Assembly (NCBI RefSeq): GCF_009914755.1
Contig: NC_060934.1
Origin: the human T2T-CHM13v2.0 reference genome, Homo sapiens
Length of the DNA stretch: 64,000 bases
Reading direction: 5' to 3' (one strand)
Below are positions 14,834 through 30,227 of this stretch, in pieces. A model generated the notes under the pieces. It did no database searches. It worked only from the letters and a program-made list of their open reading frames with translations, and was not told where the DNA came from. Position 1 is the first letter of the stretch. Each line of letters begins with the position of its first letter. Made by a program: the position numbers and the translations under genes.

Positions 14834-16269
14834 TTAATAGTTTATTACAGTTTGTTTATTCTTCCTATATTCAAAAAAATTTCAACTTACAAGCCTTTCA
14901 TTATATTTTTGTGTGTGTGAGATAGAAGATACATATAGAGAATGTAAAACATATGTATAAGTTAACAGTTAAGAAATATATAGCTGGCAGTTGCCGTCCT
15001 ACTCTAGAATTGAAGCTGGTTTATGTCTTTTTCAGTGTCTAGTGCTTTTACGCTCTGTCCAGTACAAGATCTAATACTGTCTTTTTTTGTCCAAAGAGCA
15101 CTTGATATTCTGGAATAATATATTTCTATTTCTCTGCAATACAAAGTGTACTTATGTATAAAGAAATTCCATAATCTTGGCCACTTGAAGAATTCATAAG
15201 CCTTTCTGAATTTTAACATATTTTAACAAATTTGTTTAATCCTGATTTCCTATTTCAAAAAATCAAAGAATAACCAGTGTGCTAACATGAGTCATGTGCT
15301 AATAGCTGACTCATGGACTGATCCCTAACCAATGTATTTCTACATTTTTGTGCCTTAGGAGTCATTGAAAGAGAACATTCTGAACCAATTAGTTTTATTA
15401 GTGTGTTAAAAGCCCTGAGAAAATCTTGCTGGGTAAAGATTCTCAGGCAGACCTTATGAGAAATTTCCTCAGTATTTGAAACATGTGAAAGCTTAATTTG
15501 AATCCTGTACTGATTAGTTACTGTCTATGGCCAAATTTCAGGTAAGCACTCTTCTAAGAAACCTGTTGACTCTAATATAGCTGTAAAAAAATAGGGAAAT
15601 TCAATAGATTGTGTCATTAAAGTTCGTTAGGCTGCTTGAAGCCCCATTACTTTGTTTACCATACAACTATGTTAGAATAAATTTTGTGAAAAATCTGTTT
15701 TGAACCTCATCCAAATAGGTTTAGTTATTGGAAGTCTTACTTAAAATATGGCTCCAAATCACAAAGACTCAAGATTTGCCTTGACCAAAGGTGATGTTTT
15801 TATTAGAAGCAGGTGGTTCCATAGGGAGGCTAAGTATATCACACTGATTTTTTAACAACAGTAGAAAATATAGTGTTGTGTAGTAATAATATTGAATTCT
15901 TGTCTTTCCAAAGTACACTTGTTGTTCTGAAATAATATCCTTCCATTTCTCTGCTCATTGTTCAATACACAGTGTTTTTTAGGTTTTTGTTTTGTTTGTG
16001 GATATGAGGTCTCACTTTGTTACTCAGACTGGTCTTGAACTCCTGGGCTCAAGTGATCCTCGTGCCTCAGCTTCCTAAAGTGCTGGGATTACAGACATGA
16101 ACCACCACACCAGCTAACACACAGTTTTGACAAACTGCAATGTGCCAGTTATCAAGGATAGGCTGTTCTGAGAAGAATCTCACAATTTGGAAAGAGTGAC
16201 AATGCTGTCTGAGTGGAGTTGAATTGGGAGAAAAAGTTTCTTGAATTAAGGAGAGAAGAAAGTAATCAT

Positions 16270-16490
16270 CATAATGGCTTCCATTCTGGAGATCTTACTA
16301 CAAGTCTGATATTGTGCTTGCCTTGACTTGTTATTTTCACAGAAGCTCTTCAAAGAGAGGGTTTATTATCCCCATTATACAAATGCAGAAACTGAGGCAC
16401 AGAGAATTTCATAGCTATCCAGTAACTGAACTGGGACTCAGAGACAGCAGTCTCAACTCCAGAACCTATCCTTATAACGAACACTCTGGT
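16270..16490 (-). mobile_element. MIR
   Basis: MIR core TATTATCCCCATTATACAAATGCAGAAACTGAGGCACAGAGA. Confidence 0.8.
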
Positions 16491-16529
16491 GCTTAATAAA
16501 GGTGAATTATAAAAGAGAGAACACTTTTC

Positions 16530-16829
16530 GGCTGGGTGCAGTGGCTCACGCCTGTAATCCCAGCACTTTGGGAGGCCGAGGCGGGCAGATCACGAGGTCA
16601 GGAGATGAGACCATCCTGGCTAACACGGTGAAACCCCGTCTCTACTAAAAAATACAAAAAATTAGCCGGGCATGGTGGCAGGTGCCTGTAGTCCCAGCTA
16701 CTTGGGAGGCTGAGGCAGGAGAATGGCGTGAACTGGGAGGCAGAGCTTGTAGTGAGCCGAGATCACGCCACTGCACTCCAGCCTGGATGACAGAGCGAGA
16801 CTCTGTCTCAAAAAAAAAAAAAAAAAAGG
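16530..16829 (+). mobile_element. AluY
   Basis: Y diagnostics (ACCATCCTGGCTAACACGG, GAATGGCGTG); perfect TSD GAGAGAACACTTTTC at 16515-16529 and 16830-16844. Confidence 0.93.
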
Positions 16830-17273
16830 GAGAGAACACTTTTCTAAATATCCTTACAAATGGAAATAAGGCCTGTAGTTCAACAAACACGTGCCTTTAA
16901 AGTTTATATACCTGAGCTAGACTACTTTTTCTATGTGCATGGTTCTAAAAGGATGATTGTCTAGTTTGAAGACCCTTTCCTTATGCAAAATAACTAGTCA
17001 CAGCATATAGGAATAGACAGCCAGGCATTCAAAGTTGAATAAATACCTGCAGGGGACTCAGCTGTTTTATCTACTGTCACTAACATGTCATTAGTAAATC
17101 ATTACATGTAAGTTTATTGTGCTCATTGTGTAGAAAAAGGCACTTAAAGACAGAGAAACAAAAAGTTACTTACCCAGTCACTTTTTATCAAATCATCCCA
17201 AGTAGTACCATCCATATCTGAGGGTAAAGAATTTCCATGGTGGAATTATGTTCTAGCAAAATAATCTCTAGAT

Positions 17274-17498
17274 TAGGATTCCTCAAACTGAGCAGTATTG
17301 GTGTTTTATCCTTCGTAATTCTTTGTTGTGGGGAGCTGTCCTGTGCATTGTGGGATGTTTAGCAGCATCTCTATCTTCCACCCACTAGATGCCAGTAGTA
17401 ATGCACACACATAACTGCCAAATTGTCACGACCAAAAATGTCTCCAGGTATTTCCATGAGTCCCCTTAGCGGCAACATTCCCCTGGTTCAGAATCAGT
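17274..17498 (-). mobile_element. MER20 DNA transposon
   Basis: CTGTCCTGTGCATTGTGGGATGTTTAGCAGCATC..CCCACTAGATGCCAGTAG..ACCAAAAATGTCTCCAG. Confidence 0.85.
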
Positions 17499-17674
17499 GC
17501 TGTAGATCACTAAGAATAAGATAAAATCTATCAAGTGTATCTTACTTAAGAAGCCACAGAAGTAGGCTGGGTGCCGTGACTCACACCTGTAATCCCAGCA
17601 CTTTGGGAGGGGGAGGCGGGTGGGTCACCTGAGGTCAGGAGTTCGAGACCAGCCTGGCCAACATGGTGAAGCTA

Positions 17675-17833
<159 letters not shown>

Positions 17834-18410
17834 TCAAAAAAATAATAATAAAAAATAAAGGTGAAAAAGGAAGCCACAGAAGTAATTCCCCTAGTATTTG
17901 ACATCCAGTGAAAATGACTTTTTGGTGTAGGTATACCATGGCTAGAAATTCATGAAACGCAGAAATTCCCCAGTAATTCTTACTACACATGAGTCTAAGG
18001 GGCCAAGTTAAAAATAGCATTTTTTAAGAAACATAAAATTCATGCTCACAAAAATTCAAGTGGTGCAGAAATACGATGCAAACATCTTCCTATACTCCCA
18101 TTCTATACAAAAGAACATTATTGATTTTAATTTTGTTTCCATTTTTACAAAAATTTAAAACAATCTTTCTACTTGGTTTTTTAATATAATGATATTGTGG
18201 ATGTCTAAATGTTTTATAAATATTATTGTTTCAATAGATTTATTGTATACCACTATATAAACATCCCATAATTTATTTAAACCACATGTTATTGACAGAT
18301 GTTGAGTGTTTTGCTCTCTTTTTGATATTACAAATAATTGTAACAAGGAACATTCTTTTGTAATTGTGCAAATGTATAGTAGAATAAATTGTCTGCAATG
18401 AAATTGCTCA

Positions 18411-18710
<300 letters not shown>

Positions 18711-19049
18711 TTATTGTTCTTGGATAACTTTTAGTATTACACCTCAATTAATACAGATTTTTTTTTTAAGCAGGAGATAGGAGTATAAATATGACCCACA
18801 TCTTAAAATATTTTTTTTCTCCTCTGATTTTCAGAGGAAGAAAGAATTCGTTAGGGGCAGGAAGAAAGGAACATTAAAAGTTAAATTTCATGGGCTGTTG
18901 TCCTTGCCTTTAATTATCAAATCTTACCAAAACCTTGTCAAGATTCATGGTTCTGAATTGAGGGGGAACAAAAAGTATAAAAGTAGCTTCTCCTGTCCCC
19001 TATGCAATTCTGTAAAGCTTTGGGTCTAATAATCTTATTCCTTCCACAG

Positions 19050-19140
19050 ATCGAGTTATACAAAAAGACAAAGGCCCATATTATACACACCTTGGGGCAG
19101 GACCAAGTGTTGCTGCTGTCAGGGAAATCATGGAGAATAG
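19050..19140 (+). CDS. TET1: TET1 exon 5 (91 bp, Cys-rich domain)
   Basis: cttccacag|AT ... AATAG|gtgagg; encodes (D)[29 protein letters not shown](R); phase 1 to 2. Confidence 0.97.
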
Positions 19141-19704
19141 GTGAGGAAATACGCTTCCCTGTTAAAATCATTCTTACTGTGGATCTGACTCAACGGAGAT
19201 AAATCATCTCTAAGAACAAACGCCGTGATTGAAAAATGATCAGGAGTATGAGTTGGATGTTTCTTAGGGCCCAACAAAAGAGGGGTGTCCTCGTGTCCCT
19301 ACTGAGCCACCCATCATACAAGCTGTTGGGCACATAAAAGCACCCACAAAGCAAGACTAGTTGTCTTTGATAAACTCAGAAGTACTTTTTATATATCGCA
19401 TAATGGTAGAAATAGGTCAAATTACCACCCTTGACACTGCATACCCTACATTCCCATTGCTTGTCTGGCACTCAGCCTATTTTTTAAAGAGTGATCTTTG
19501 AGGATAAGTGAGTAGGACTGGTTAACAAATTAAAATACCTGCCACACAAAAGCAAATGTTTAACAAGAGTAAATTACGAAGAGTGTCTAATTTTTGAACT
19601 TCTGTACATCTATATCTTATATACATTAAGATGTTCAAAGCCAAAGCCTTCAAGTACAGATTGCAATTAATTAGTACATTCCCTTCACTGTGTTTTATAC
19701 TCAG

Positions 19705-19798
19705 GTATGGTCAAAAAGGAAACGCAATAAGGATAGAAATAGTAGTGTACACCGGTAAAGAAGGGAAAAGCTCTCATGGGTGTCCAATTGCTAAGTGG
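19705..19798 (+). CDS. TET1: TET1 exon 6 (94 bp)
   Basis: tactcag|G ... TGG|gtaagt; [31 protein letters not shown]. Confidence 0.97.
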
Positions 19799-21017
19799 GT
19801 AAGTATTTCCTATTTATACATTTTTTTGAAGCTTGTTATTCCAGAGCTGATATTTATACATTTACAATAGCCAGAGTGATCTTTATTTTATTTATTCATT
19901 TATTTATTTAATTTTTGAGACAGGCTTTGTCGCCCCGGCTGGATTGCAGTGGTGCAATCACACCTCACTGCAGCCTTGATCTCCCAGGCTCAAGCAATCT
20001 TTCCACCTTAGCCTCCAAGTACTTAAGACTTGCCACCAAACCCGGCTAATTTTTTTTTTTTTTTTTTTTTTTTTTTAGTGGAGAGCTCAAGTGATCCTCC
20101 CGCCTCAGTCCCCTAAAGTGCTGGGATTACAGGCGTGAGCTACTGTACTGGGCCAGATTTTTTAATAGATTTTTAAGTAAATTGGCCATTTGTGATGAAA
20201 GTTGCAAATATATTTTCTCAGTTTGTTGTGGTTTTACCAGTTAGATTTTTTTTTTGACTGTAATCAGCTTTTTCATCTTTTATAGCTTTAGGGTATTTTA
20301 TCTTAATTAGAAAAATCTTTACCACTTGTAGTTTATAAATCTTTCATTTTCTTTTGTAGTATTTTAATGATTTTATTTTTTCTATAATGAAGTATTTTAT
20401 ATTTATCCTGGTTTAGAATATTGGTAGCTATGTACACTTCTCCAGATGGCTACTCAGTTATCCAACACCACTCATTTAATTGTACATCTCTTCATTATTG
20501 ATGTGTATTTGTTTATATGTGAGAATTCCCTATTGTGTTAAATCACTGTCTTTAATCAGCATGAGATTGCTCTAATTATTTAGATTTTATAATGTTTCCA
20601 TGTCTGATAGGCTAATTCCTTTTAATTTTTCAAAAGTGGTCTGACTATTCTGGTTTATTTTATCATATTAGTATATAAACACCACGTTTCATTACAAGAA
20701 TAAAATCCTACTGGTAATTTTATTGGAATCATGTTAACAGAATTTGGAGAATTTACATATATTTCATGTTCAGTCTTCCTATTCTACATATTGCATCTTT
20801 ACATTTACATATGCCTTCTTTTGTCCTTTAGAACCATTTTAAGGTAGAATTTAAGGGAGAATTTACATGTTTCTTGTTTTTGTACATATTTCTCTTGTGT
20901 ATCCTCTAATACAGTTAGTCCAACAGACTAACTCTAATTTTATATTGCTTTAGTAACGATGGTCTCCTTACTTTGTTTCTCTCTTCCCATGGGGATCTTT
21001 CCAGGGTTTTCCCATTA

Positions 21018-21410
<393 letters not shown>

Positions 21411-21662
21411 CTAAGTAGGCAGAGGATAAGCAGGAAGTAGCATTCCTAAGCAGAGAAAACAGCAAGAACAAAGGTCTTGGGTTTAGAAATAAGAGTCCAG
21501 TAAAAAAAATCTAAGCAGAGTCAGTTGAAATTAAGGGGATAGGCCAGGCGCAGTGGCTCACGCCTGTAATCCCAGCACTATGGGAGGCCGAGTGGGGCAG
21601 ATCACCAGAGGTCAGGAGATCGAGCCTATCCTGGCTAACATGGTGAAACCCCGTCTCTACTA

Positions 21663-21953
<291 letters not shown>

Positions 21954-21954
21954 T

Positions 21955-22255
21955 CATGTTTGAATAACAAACAGGTATTATCTCCTGCAGTTTTTGTGGG
22001 TTAGGAATCCAAGTGGTGCTTCTGACATAGGCTCCTATGAGGATGCAATCATCTGAAAACTTGACTGGGGGAGAGTGGTGCAGCTGGAAGACCCACTTCC
22101 AAGCTCCCTTACAGGAGGCCTTAGCTCTTTGATGGCTGTTGGCTGGAGGCCTCAGTTCCTCCTCATCTTAAATGTTTTCATAACACAGCAGCTTGGTTTC
22201 CCCCAGAGTGAGTGAATCAAAAGAGAGCAAGAAGGAAACTACAGTGTCTTTCTTT
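21955..22255. mobile_element. MLT1 (ERVL-MaLR) LTR fragment
   Basis: GGCTGTTGGCTGGAGGCCTCAGTTCCTC..GCAGCTTGGTTTCCCCCAGAGTGAGTGA..AAGAGAGCAAG motifs. Confidence 0.7.
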
Positions 22256-23014
22256 CATCACCTCAAGAGGTTGAGGCCAGGAGTTCAAGGTCACAGTGTA
22301 CTATGGTGGCTCCTGTGAATCCATAGCCAGCCACTGCACTCCAGCCTGAGCAACATAGCAAGACCCCACATCTCTTTTGTTTGTTTAAAGAAAGAAACAA
22401 AGAAAATAAACTAGATTCTCAGAAGCCCCAGTTATAAATCTCCCAACCTGGCTTTGTGGTAATAATTTTCTTGCTTTCCACCTTTCCCTGCTACTTATAT
22501 ATTTCTCAAACAGTATAGTTTTATTTTGTTTTGTTCTTTTGTGTCTGGCCTATCCATAGTACCTTGTATATTTGAAATAAATCACACAATTGGTTCCCAA
22601 TATCTGGCGCTGATAGTTGTTACCAATTTATTGAGCTATATCTGTTAGCTATTTCTGAATTGTTCACTCCTTTGTCTATTAAGTGGTAAGGAATGAATAT
22701 GTCCTCATGTTGTGGCAGCTGGCTTCTCCTACAGTGAGTCCAAAAGAGAGAAATGTAACTAGGCTTATTGGTGGGATTGGGATGATTTCTTTTTCCTCTC
22801 TTTAAAACCTTTTCTAATATAATAATAATGACAGTGATATAAAGAATTGTAGTGTATAGTTTTTTTGTTTTTGTTTTTGTTTTCCTTAAGAAGGCAAATA
22901 TAAATGCTGTAGCTTAAAGATTTCGGTAACAACTTTCTATTAGTATTTTTCCCTAGCGAAATTTTATTTGTTTTGGATATCTGTCTGTGTTGCCTGGGCT
23001 AGAGTGCACTAACC

Positions 23015-23491
23015 CAGGGGACTCCAACCCCTGAGCCATGGGCCAATAGGAACCTGACTTCATGGCAGAAGGTGAGTGGCAGGAGAGCAAGTGAAGCTTC
23101 ATCTGTATTTACAGCCACTCCTCATTGCTAGTATTACCACCTGAGCTCTGCCTTCTGTCAGATCAGCAGTGGGATTAGACTCTCATAGGACTGCAAACCC
23201 TGTTGTCAACTGTACATTCAAGGGATGTAGGTTGTGCTCTCCTTATGAGAATCTGATGCTTGATGATCTGTCACTGTCCCACCTCACCCCCAGATGGGAC
23301 CGTCTAGTTTTAGGAAAACAAGCTCAGGGCTCCCACTGATTCTTTATTATGATGAGTTGTATAATTACTTTATTATATATTACAATGTAATAATAATAGA
23401 AATAAAGTGCACAATAAATGTAACGTACTCGAATCATCCCAAAACCTCTGCCCCTGGCCCCACCTCTGTGGAAAAATTGTCTTCCATGAAA
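23015..23491 (+). mobile_element. MER1A-like hAT-Charlie element, 3' end cut by an Alu
   Basis: CAGGGG..CCAACCCC start; GAAGCTTCATCTGTATTTACAGCC; GGAAAACAAGCTCAGGGCTCCCACTGATT; GTGGAAAAATTGTCTTCCATGAAA. Confidence 0.85.
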
Positions 23492-24340
23492 TGACAGACT
23501 CTGGCTGTTGCCCAGGCTGGAGTGCAGTGGCTCAATCTCGGCTCACTGCAAGCTCCGCCTCCTGGGTTCACACCATTCTCCTGCCTCAGCCTCCTGAGTA
23601 GCTGGGACTACAGGCGCCTGCCACCACACCTGGCTAATTTTTTGTATTTTTAGTAGAGACGTGGTTTCACTGCATTAGCCAGGATGGTCTTGATCTCCTA
23701 ACCTCATGATCTGCCCACCTCAGCCTCCCAAAGTGCTAAAATAGATTTTTTAACAGATTTTATGTCAGAAAAATCGTAATGTTAGTCAAACTTTATTTTT
23801 CCAAACTTTCCAGGTTATCTTACTTAAAATATTCATATCACTTACTGCTTTTGCAGAGAGCAATGCCGAGCCTAGAATTAGCACTCAATAAATTTGTGTT
23901 GAGTGAATGAATATGGAGCTTAAATATGGCTATTTAGAAAATGTATTTTAGGGCTGGGTGAGGTGGCTCACGCCTGTAATCCCAGCACTTTGGGAGGTCG
24001 AGGCGGGTGGATCACCTGAGCTCAGGAATTTGAGACCATCCTGGACAATACGGTGAAACTCCGTCTCTAGTAAAATACAAAAAATTAGCCAGACATGGTG
24101 GCACGTGCCTATAGTCCCAGCTACTCAGGAGGCTGAGGCACGAGAATCACTTGAACCCAGGAGGCGGAGGTTGCCGTCAGCCAAGATGGTGCCACGGCAC
24201 TCCAGCCTGTGCAACATCCAGAGTCTAGCTCCAAAAAAAAAAAAAAAAATTTCCCATTTGGGTGCGGTGGCTCATTTCTGTATATCTGTAATCCCAGCAC
24301 TTTGGGAGGCTGAGGCGGGAGGACCACTGGAGCCCAGTAG

Positions 24341-24589
<249 letters not shown>

Positions 24590-25378
24590 TAGCCAGGATG
24601 GTCTCGATCTCCCGACCTCGTGATCCGCCCACCTCAGCCTCCCAAAGTGCGGGGATTACAGGCGTAAGCCACCACGCCCGGCCAAAAATTTTTTAAATTA
24701 GCCAACTGTGGTGGTGTGCACCTGTGGTCCCAGCTACTCTGGAGGCTGGACGATTGCTTGAGCATAGGAAGAGGAGGTTGCAGTGAGCCATTATTGGGCC
24801 ACTACACTCTAGCCTGAGTAACGGAATGAGCCCTGCCTACAGAGAGAAAAGAAAGTTGAGTATCTTGAATTTGAATTGGTATCTTGAAATAGTATGGCTA
24901 TGGTATTCATTATTAGCTATATTCTGAGGCATGAGAAACTGAGGATTAGAGCTGGGAATCTGCTGGAGTTGTCCACCCCACGCTTAAACTTTAGGTAGAG
25001 GTTGAATGAAAATTGGAATTAAAAAATGTCCATGAAGGAAGGTGGGAAAAATTTTAAAACAATTTTAAAAAAGAATTAATTTGTCTGTATTCTACATAGT
25101 TTGTAGAACTTTATCATGAGGTTATTTTGAATGACACTAGTGCAATTGGGTGGATTATACGTGGGTGAGGGAGGAAATGAAGGTCAAAAATTTTGAACTA
25201 AGAAATCGAATATACACATACAGCCAGTGAATTACATTGCTCCAAATTTACTTTTCATCTTGGATAGTGTACCTTTTTTGTGTATTTGTTATAAAACATT
25301 AATCTATATCAAGCATCGTTTCATGATTTCATTTTTTAAAATCTCCATGTATATGCTTAGGTTTGTTAATAGTATTAA

Positions 25379-25573
<195 letters not shown>

Positions 25574-28194
25574 TGACCTCAAGTAATCCACCCTCCTCCA
25601 CCTCCCAAAGTGCTGGGATTACAGGCGTGAGCCACCGCGACAGCCCTCTTGTCTTCTTTGCTTGGAAGAGAGATCTATTGCTTCTCTTTTTAATGATCAC
25701 ACACAAAAAGTCTAACAGCAAATTCTAACTGGCCAGCACCACTTTCTTAGCCATTCTTATGTTGTTTTGCCTATGTTCGCAACACCGTTTTATTCTTCTC
25801 TTGAAATGTTTCCTTGCCAGGTGGTCATTAAAACTCTCACATAATTATAGTCTTTGGCAGAGATTTTTGACTCTTTTTCTCTGCTGTCACTTTGGATCTT
25901 GTCAGAAACAAGTTATCTTGTTCTTCAGTAGATTTTGAAGAAAAGGGTAATGTAGTTTCTTAGATGCACCTTAGATGTTCAAGGAGAATCACTTGAACCT
26001 AGGAGGCAGAGGCTGCAGCGAACTGAGATTGTGCCACTGCCCTCCAGCCTGGGTGATAGCATGAGACCCTGTCTCAAGAAAAAAACAAAAAAAAATAGTA
26101 TTTTAAAAATTAGCTGGATGTCGTGAGTAAATCACATTTAAGAATTTCCCAGCTGGCCAGCGTGGTGGCTCATGCCTGTAAACCCAGCACTTTGGGAGGC
26201 TGATGCAGGCAGATCACTTGAGACCAGGAGTTCAAGACCAGGCTGGCCAACGTGGTGAAATCCCATCTTTGCTAAAAATACAAAATTAGCCGGGCGTGGT
26301 GGCATAAGCCTGTAATCCCAGCTACTCAGGAGGCTGAGGCAGGAGTATAACTCTTTGTATACTTCCCCTCTTGAGCTTCTGGGGTAATGGCAGAAGTAGG
26401 TAGAAGAAGTCAAACAGTGGATGGCCTCATTGGCCCCAATGCCTGAGTGCTTCACATTGGGCATCATATGATGAGTTCCCCTCTGTGCGATTGTGTATTA
26501 GTCAATAGAGCATGTGGCAATGAATACCTACAAGTGATTTTTTTTTCTTTGGAGATGAAGTCTTGCTCTGTTGCCCAGGGTGGAGTACAGTAGTGTGATC
26601 TTGGCCCTTTGCCTCCCAGGTTCAAGCCATTCTCCAGCCTCAGCCTCTCGAGTAGCTGGGATTACAGGCGTGTGCCACCATGCTCAGCTAATTTTTGTAT
26701 TTTTAGTAGAGGTGGGGTTTCACCATGTTACCCAGGCTGGTCTCGAACTCCTGACCTTAAGTGATCCACCCACCTTGGCCTCCCAAAGTGCTGTGATTAC
26801 AGGCATGAGCCACCGCGCCCGGCCAATATTAAACTGACTTACATGTTTTTCTTTACTTAAGCTTATTGTCTGCTAAAGTACCATTAGTACTCTTTTTATG
26901 TTAGTTTGTTTACTTGCTTATAGAGTTCATTTTTTAAGGAAATTTTAATTCAAGTATAATATACACACAGAAAAGTATACATACCATAAGGTACAGCCCA
27001 GTGAAATTGTACAAAGTGAACATACCTATGTGACCAGTGGCCAGATCAAGACATTACCAAAACTTCAGAACCCCGTTGTGTGAACTCAGTCATTAATCCC
27101 TTTACAAAGGTGGAATTGTATTGTAAAAGTCTCATTTTCTTGTAATATGTAGATAGCTTTAAATGATGTTAACTGGTGACATTTTGGAGGAGTTGGCCAC
27201 TATAATTTTGTTTTGAAAAATTTACTCTACTTTGTCTCTTACATGATTATTGATGAAACTCAAAATGACCCTTCTTTGGAAAGATACCCGCTACACTTGA
27301 CATGAATGTTGCTCCCAGATCTGAATCTGATCTGGAATTTGTATGCTGCCCAGATCATTTGTGCACTGACGAATCACCCTATTCCCTTTGGAAACCTTAC
27401 AAATAAGATTGTGTTACAGGGACTTATTTTTTGCTTTAAAAAAATAATCTTTTAAAAAAATTATAATTTACAGCTTGGATACTTCCGCTTAGTTTGGTTT
27501 TTAATTTAATTTAACTTTTTTTTACTTTTTTCTTTTCTTCTTCTTCTTCTTTTTTTTTTTTTGAGATGGAATTTCACTCTTGTTGCCCAGGCTGGAGTGC
27601 AATGGCACAATCTGGGCTTACTGCGACCACCATCTCCTGGTTTCAAGCGATTCTCCTGTCTCAGCCTGCTAAGTACCTGGGATTACAGGTGTCCCCCAGC
27701 CAAGCCCAGCTAATTTTTGTATTTTTTAGTAGGGATGGGGTTTCACCATGTTGGCCAGGCTAGTCTCAAACTCCTGACCTCAGGTGATCTGCCTGCCTTG
27801 GCCTCCCAAAGTGCTGGGATTACAGGTGTGCCTGGCCAATTTTTTTTTTTTTTTACTTTTTAAAAAACTATTATTACTTTTTTGAGACAGAGTTTCACTC
27901 TTGTCGCCCAGGCTGGAGTGCAATGACGCGATCTCAGCCCACTGAAACCTCTGCCTCCCAGGTTCTAGGGATTGTCCTGCCTCAGCCTCCCAAGTAGATG
28001 GTATTACAGGTGCCCACCACCAAGCTCGACTAATTTTTTTTGTATTTTTAGTAGACATGGGGTTTCACCATGTTGGCCATGCTGGTCTCGAATTCCTGAC
28101 TTCAGGTGATCCACCCGCCTCGGCCTCCCAAAGTGTTGGGATTACATGCGTGTGCCACCGCGCTAGCCGTTTTAAACCTTAAAATTTTTTTTAA

Positions 28195-28490
<296 letters not shown>

Positions 28491-29104
28491 TGATCCGCCC
28501 GCCTCGGCCTCCCAAAGTGCTAGGATTACAGGCATGAGCCACTGCACCCAGCCTCTAATATTAGTTTTTAAATTTAAAAATTATATATACACATTATAGA
28601 TATATTTCAAATTTTAAAAGCCATTACAATTTTATCCTGTGCTTAGAGATTATAATTTTTAGCAGTTTGGGTATACTCAAACTAAGAGTTAGGCTGTGAA
28701 AATTTTCTGTTTTTTGAGACAGGGTCTTGCTCTGTCACCCAGGCTAAAAGTACAGTGGCGCAACTCACTGCAGCCTTGACCCAGGCTCAAGCAATCCTCC
28801 TTCCTCAGCCTCCCAAGGAGCTGAAACCATAGGCACTCACCACCATGCCAGCTAGTTTTCTGGGGTTTGTTGTAGAGACGGGGTCTCATTTCATTGCCCA
28901 GGCTGGTCTTTAACTCCTGGGCTCAAGAAATCCTCCTACCTTGGCCTCCCAATGTGTTGGGGTTACAGGCATGAGCCACCATGCCCAGCCAGAACTTTTT
29001 TCTTTTCTTTTCTTTGTTAAAAAAACACACACACACACAAAAAACCAAGTATTGTGGGTTTTTTAATTTAAAAAAAATTTTTTTTCTTTTTTTTTTTTTT
29101 GTGA

Positions 29105-29242
<138 letters not shown>

Positions 29243-30227
29243 TAACTTTTGTATTTTTAATAGAGACAGGGTTTCACCATGTTGGCCATGCTGGTCTCAA
29301 ACTCCTGACCTCAGGTGGTCTGCCTGCCCTGGCCTCACAAATTGCTGGGATTACAGGCTTGAACCACTGTGCCCTGCCCTAATTTTTGTATTTTTAGTAG
29401 AGGCGGGATTTCACCATGTTGGCCAGGCCAGTCTCGAACTCCTGACCTCAAGTGATCCACCCGCCTTGACCTCCCAAATTACTGAGATTACAGGCATGAG
29501 CTACCGTACCCAGCCTGTTGTTAATAGTCAAAAAAATAGAAACAAAATACTAAGCTAAGAGTGATAATTTTTGTCATTGTACATCTAAGGTGAAAGTTGA
29601 CATCATGATTCAATTTGCATTGTAACTAGCAAAGTTGGATGTCTTTACTTATTATTAATTTTTATTAATAATAAATTTTACGTATTATTAATTTTTATTT
29701 CTTCCATGAATTCACTCTTCATAGCCTTTTTTTAGGTTATCTTCTATTATACTTTTGTAAATATGTATAATAGACCACATATATATAATATGTGTATGTA
29801 TAATAGACCATGGCTGGTTTTATCATGGCTGGGCGTGGGCCCTCACACCTGTAATCCCAGCACTTTGGGAGGCTGAAATGCACAGATCGCTTGAGGCCTG
29901 GAGTTTGAGACAAACCTGGGCAACATAGCCAGACCTCATCTCTACCAAAAATACAAAGAAGTAGCCAAGCACGGTGGCAAGCACCTGTAGTTCTAGCTAC
30001 TTGGGAGGGTTAGGCGGAAGGATCGAATGAGCCTGGAGAGCTTTTAAATGATGTTAAAGGCTGCATACAGTGAGCCATGATCAAACCACTGCACTCCAGC
30101 CAAGGTGACATAGTGAGACACTGTCTCCAAAAGGAAAAGAAAACAAAACAAAAAAAGAACAGTTTTAAAAGAACAAACTTCAATTTAGAAGGGCAGTTCC
30201 CTTATTTGTTTAAAAAACGTTTCTCTT

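Noticed and set aside
15359-15390. Resemblance of cryptic exon peptide GVIEREHSEP to exon 5 RVIQKDKGP (duplicated exon?)
   Set aside because: Similarity ends after a few residues and lengths differ; probably chance.
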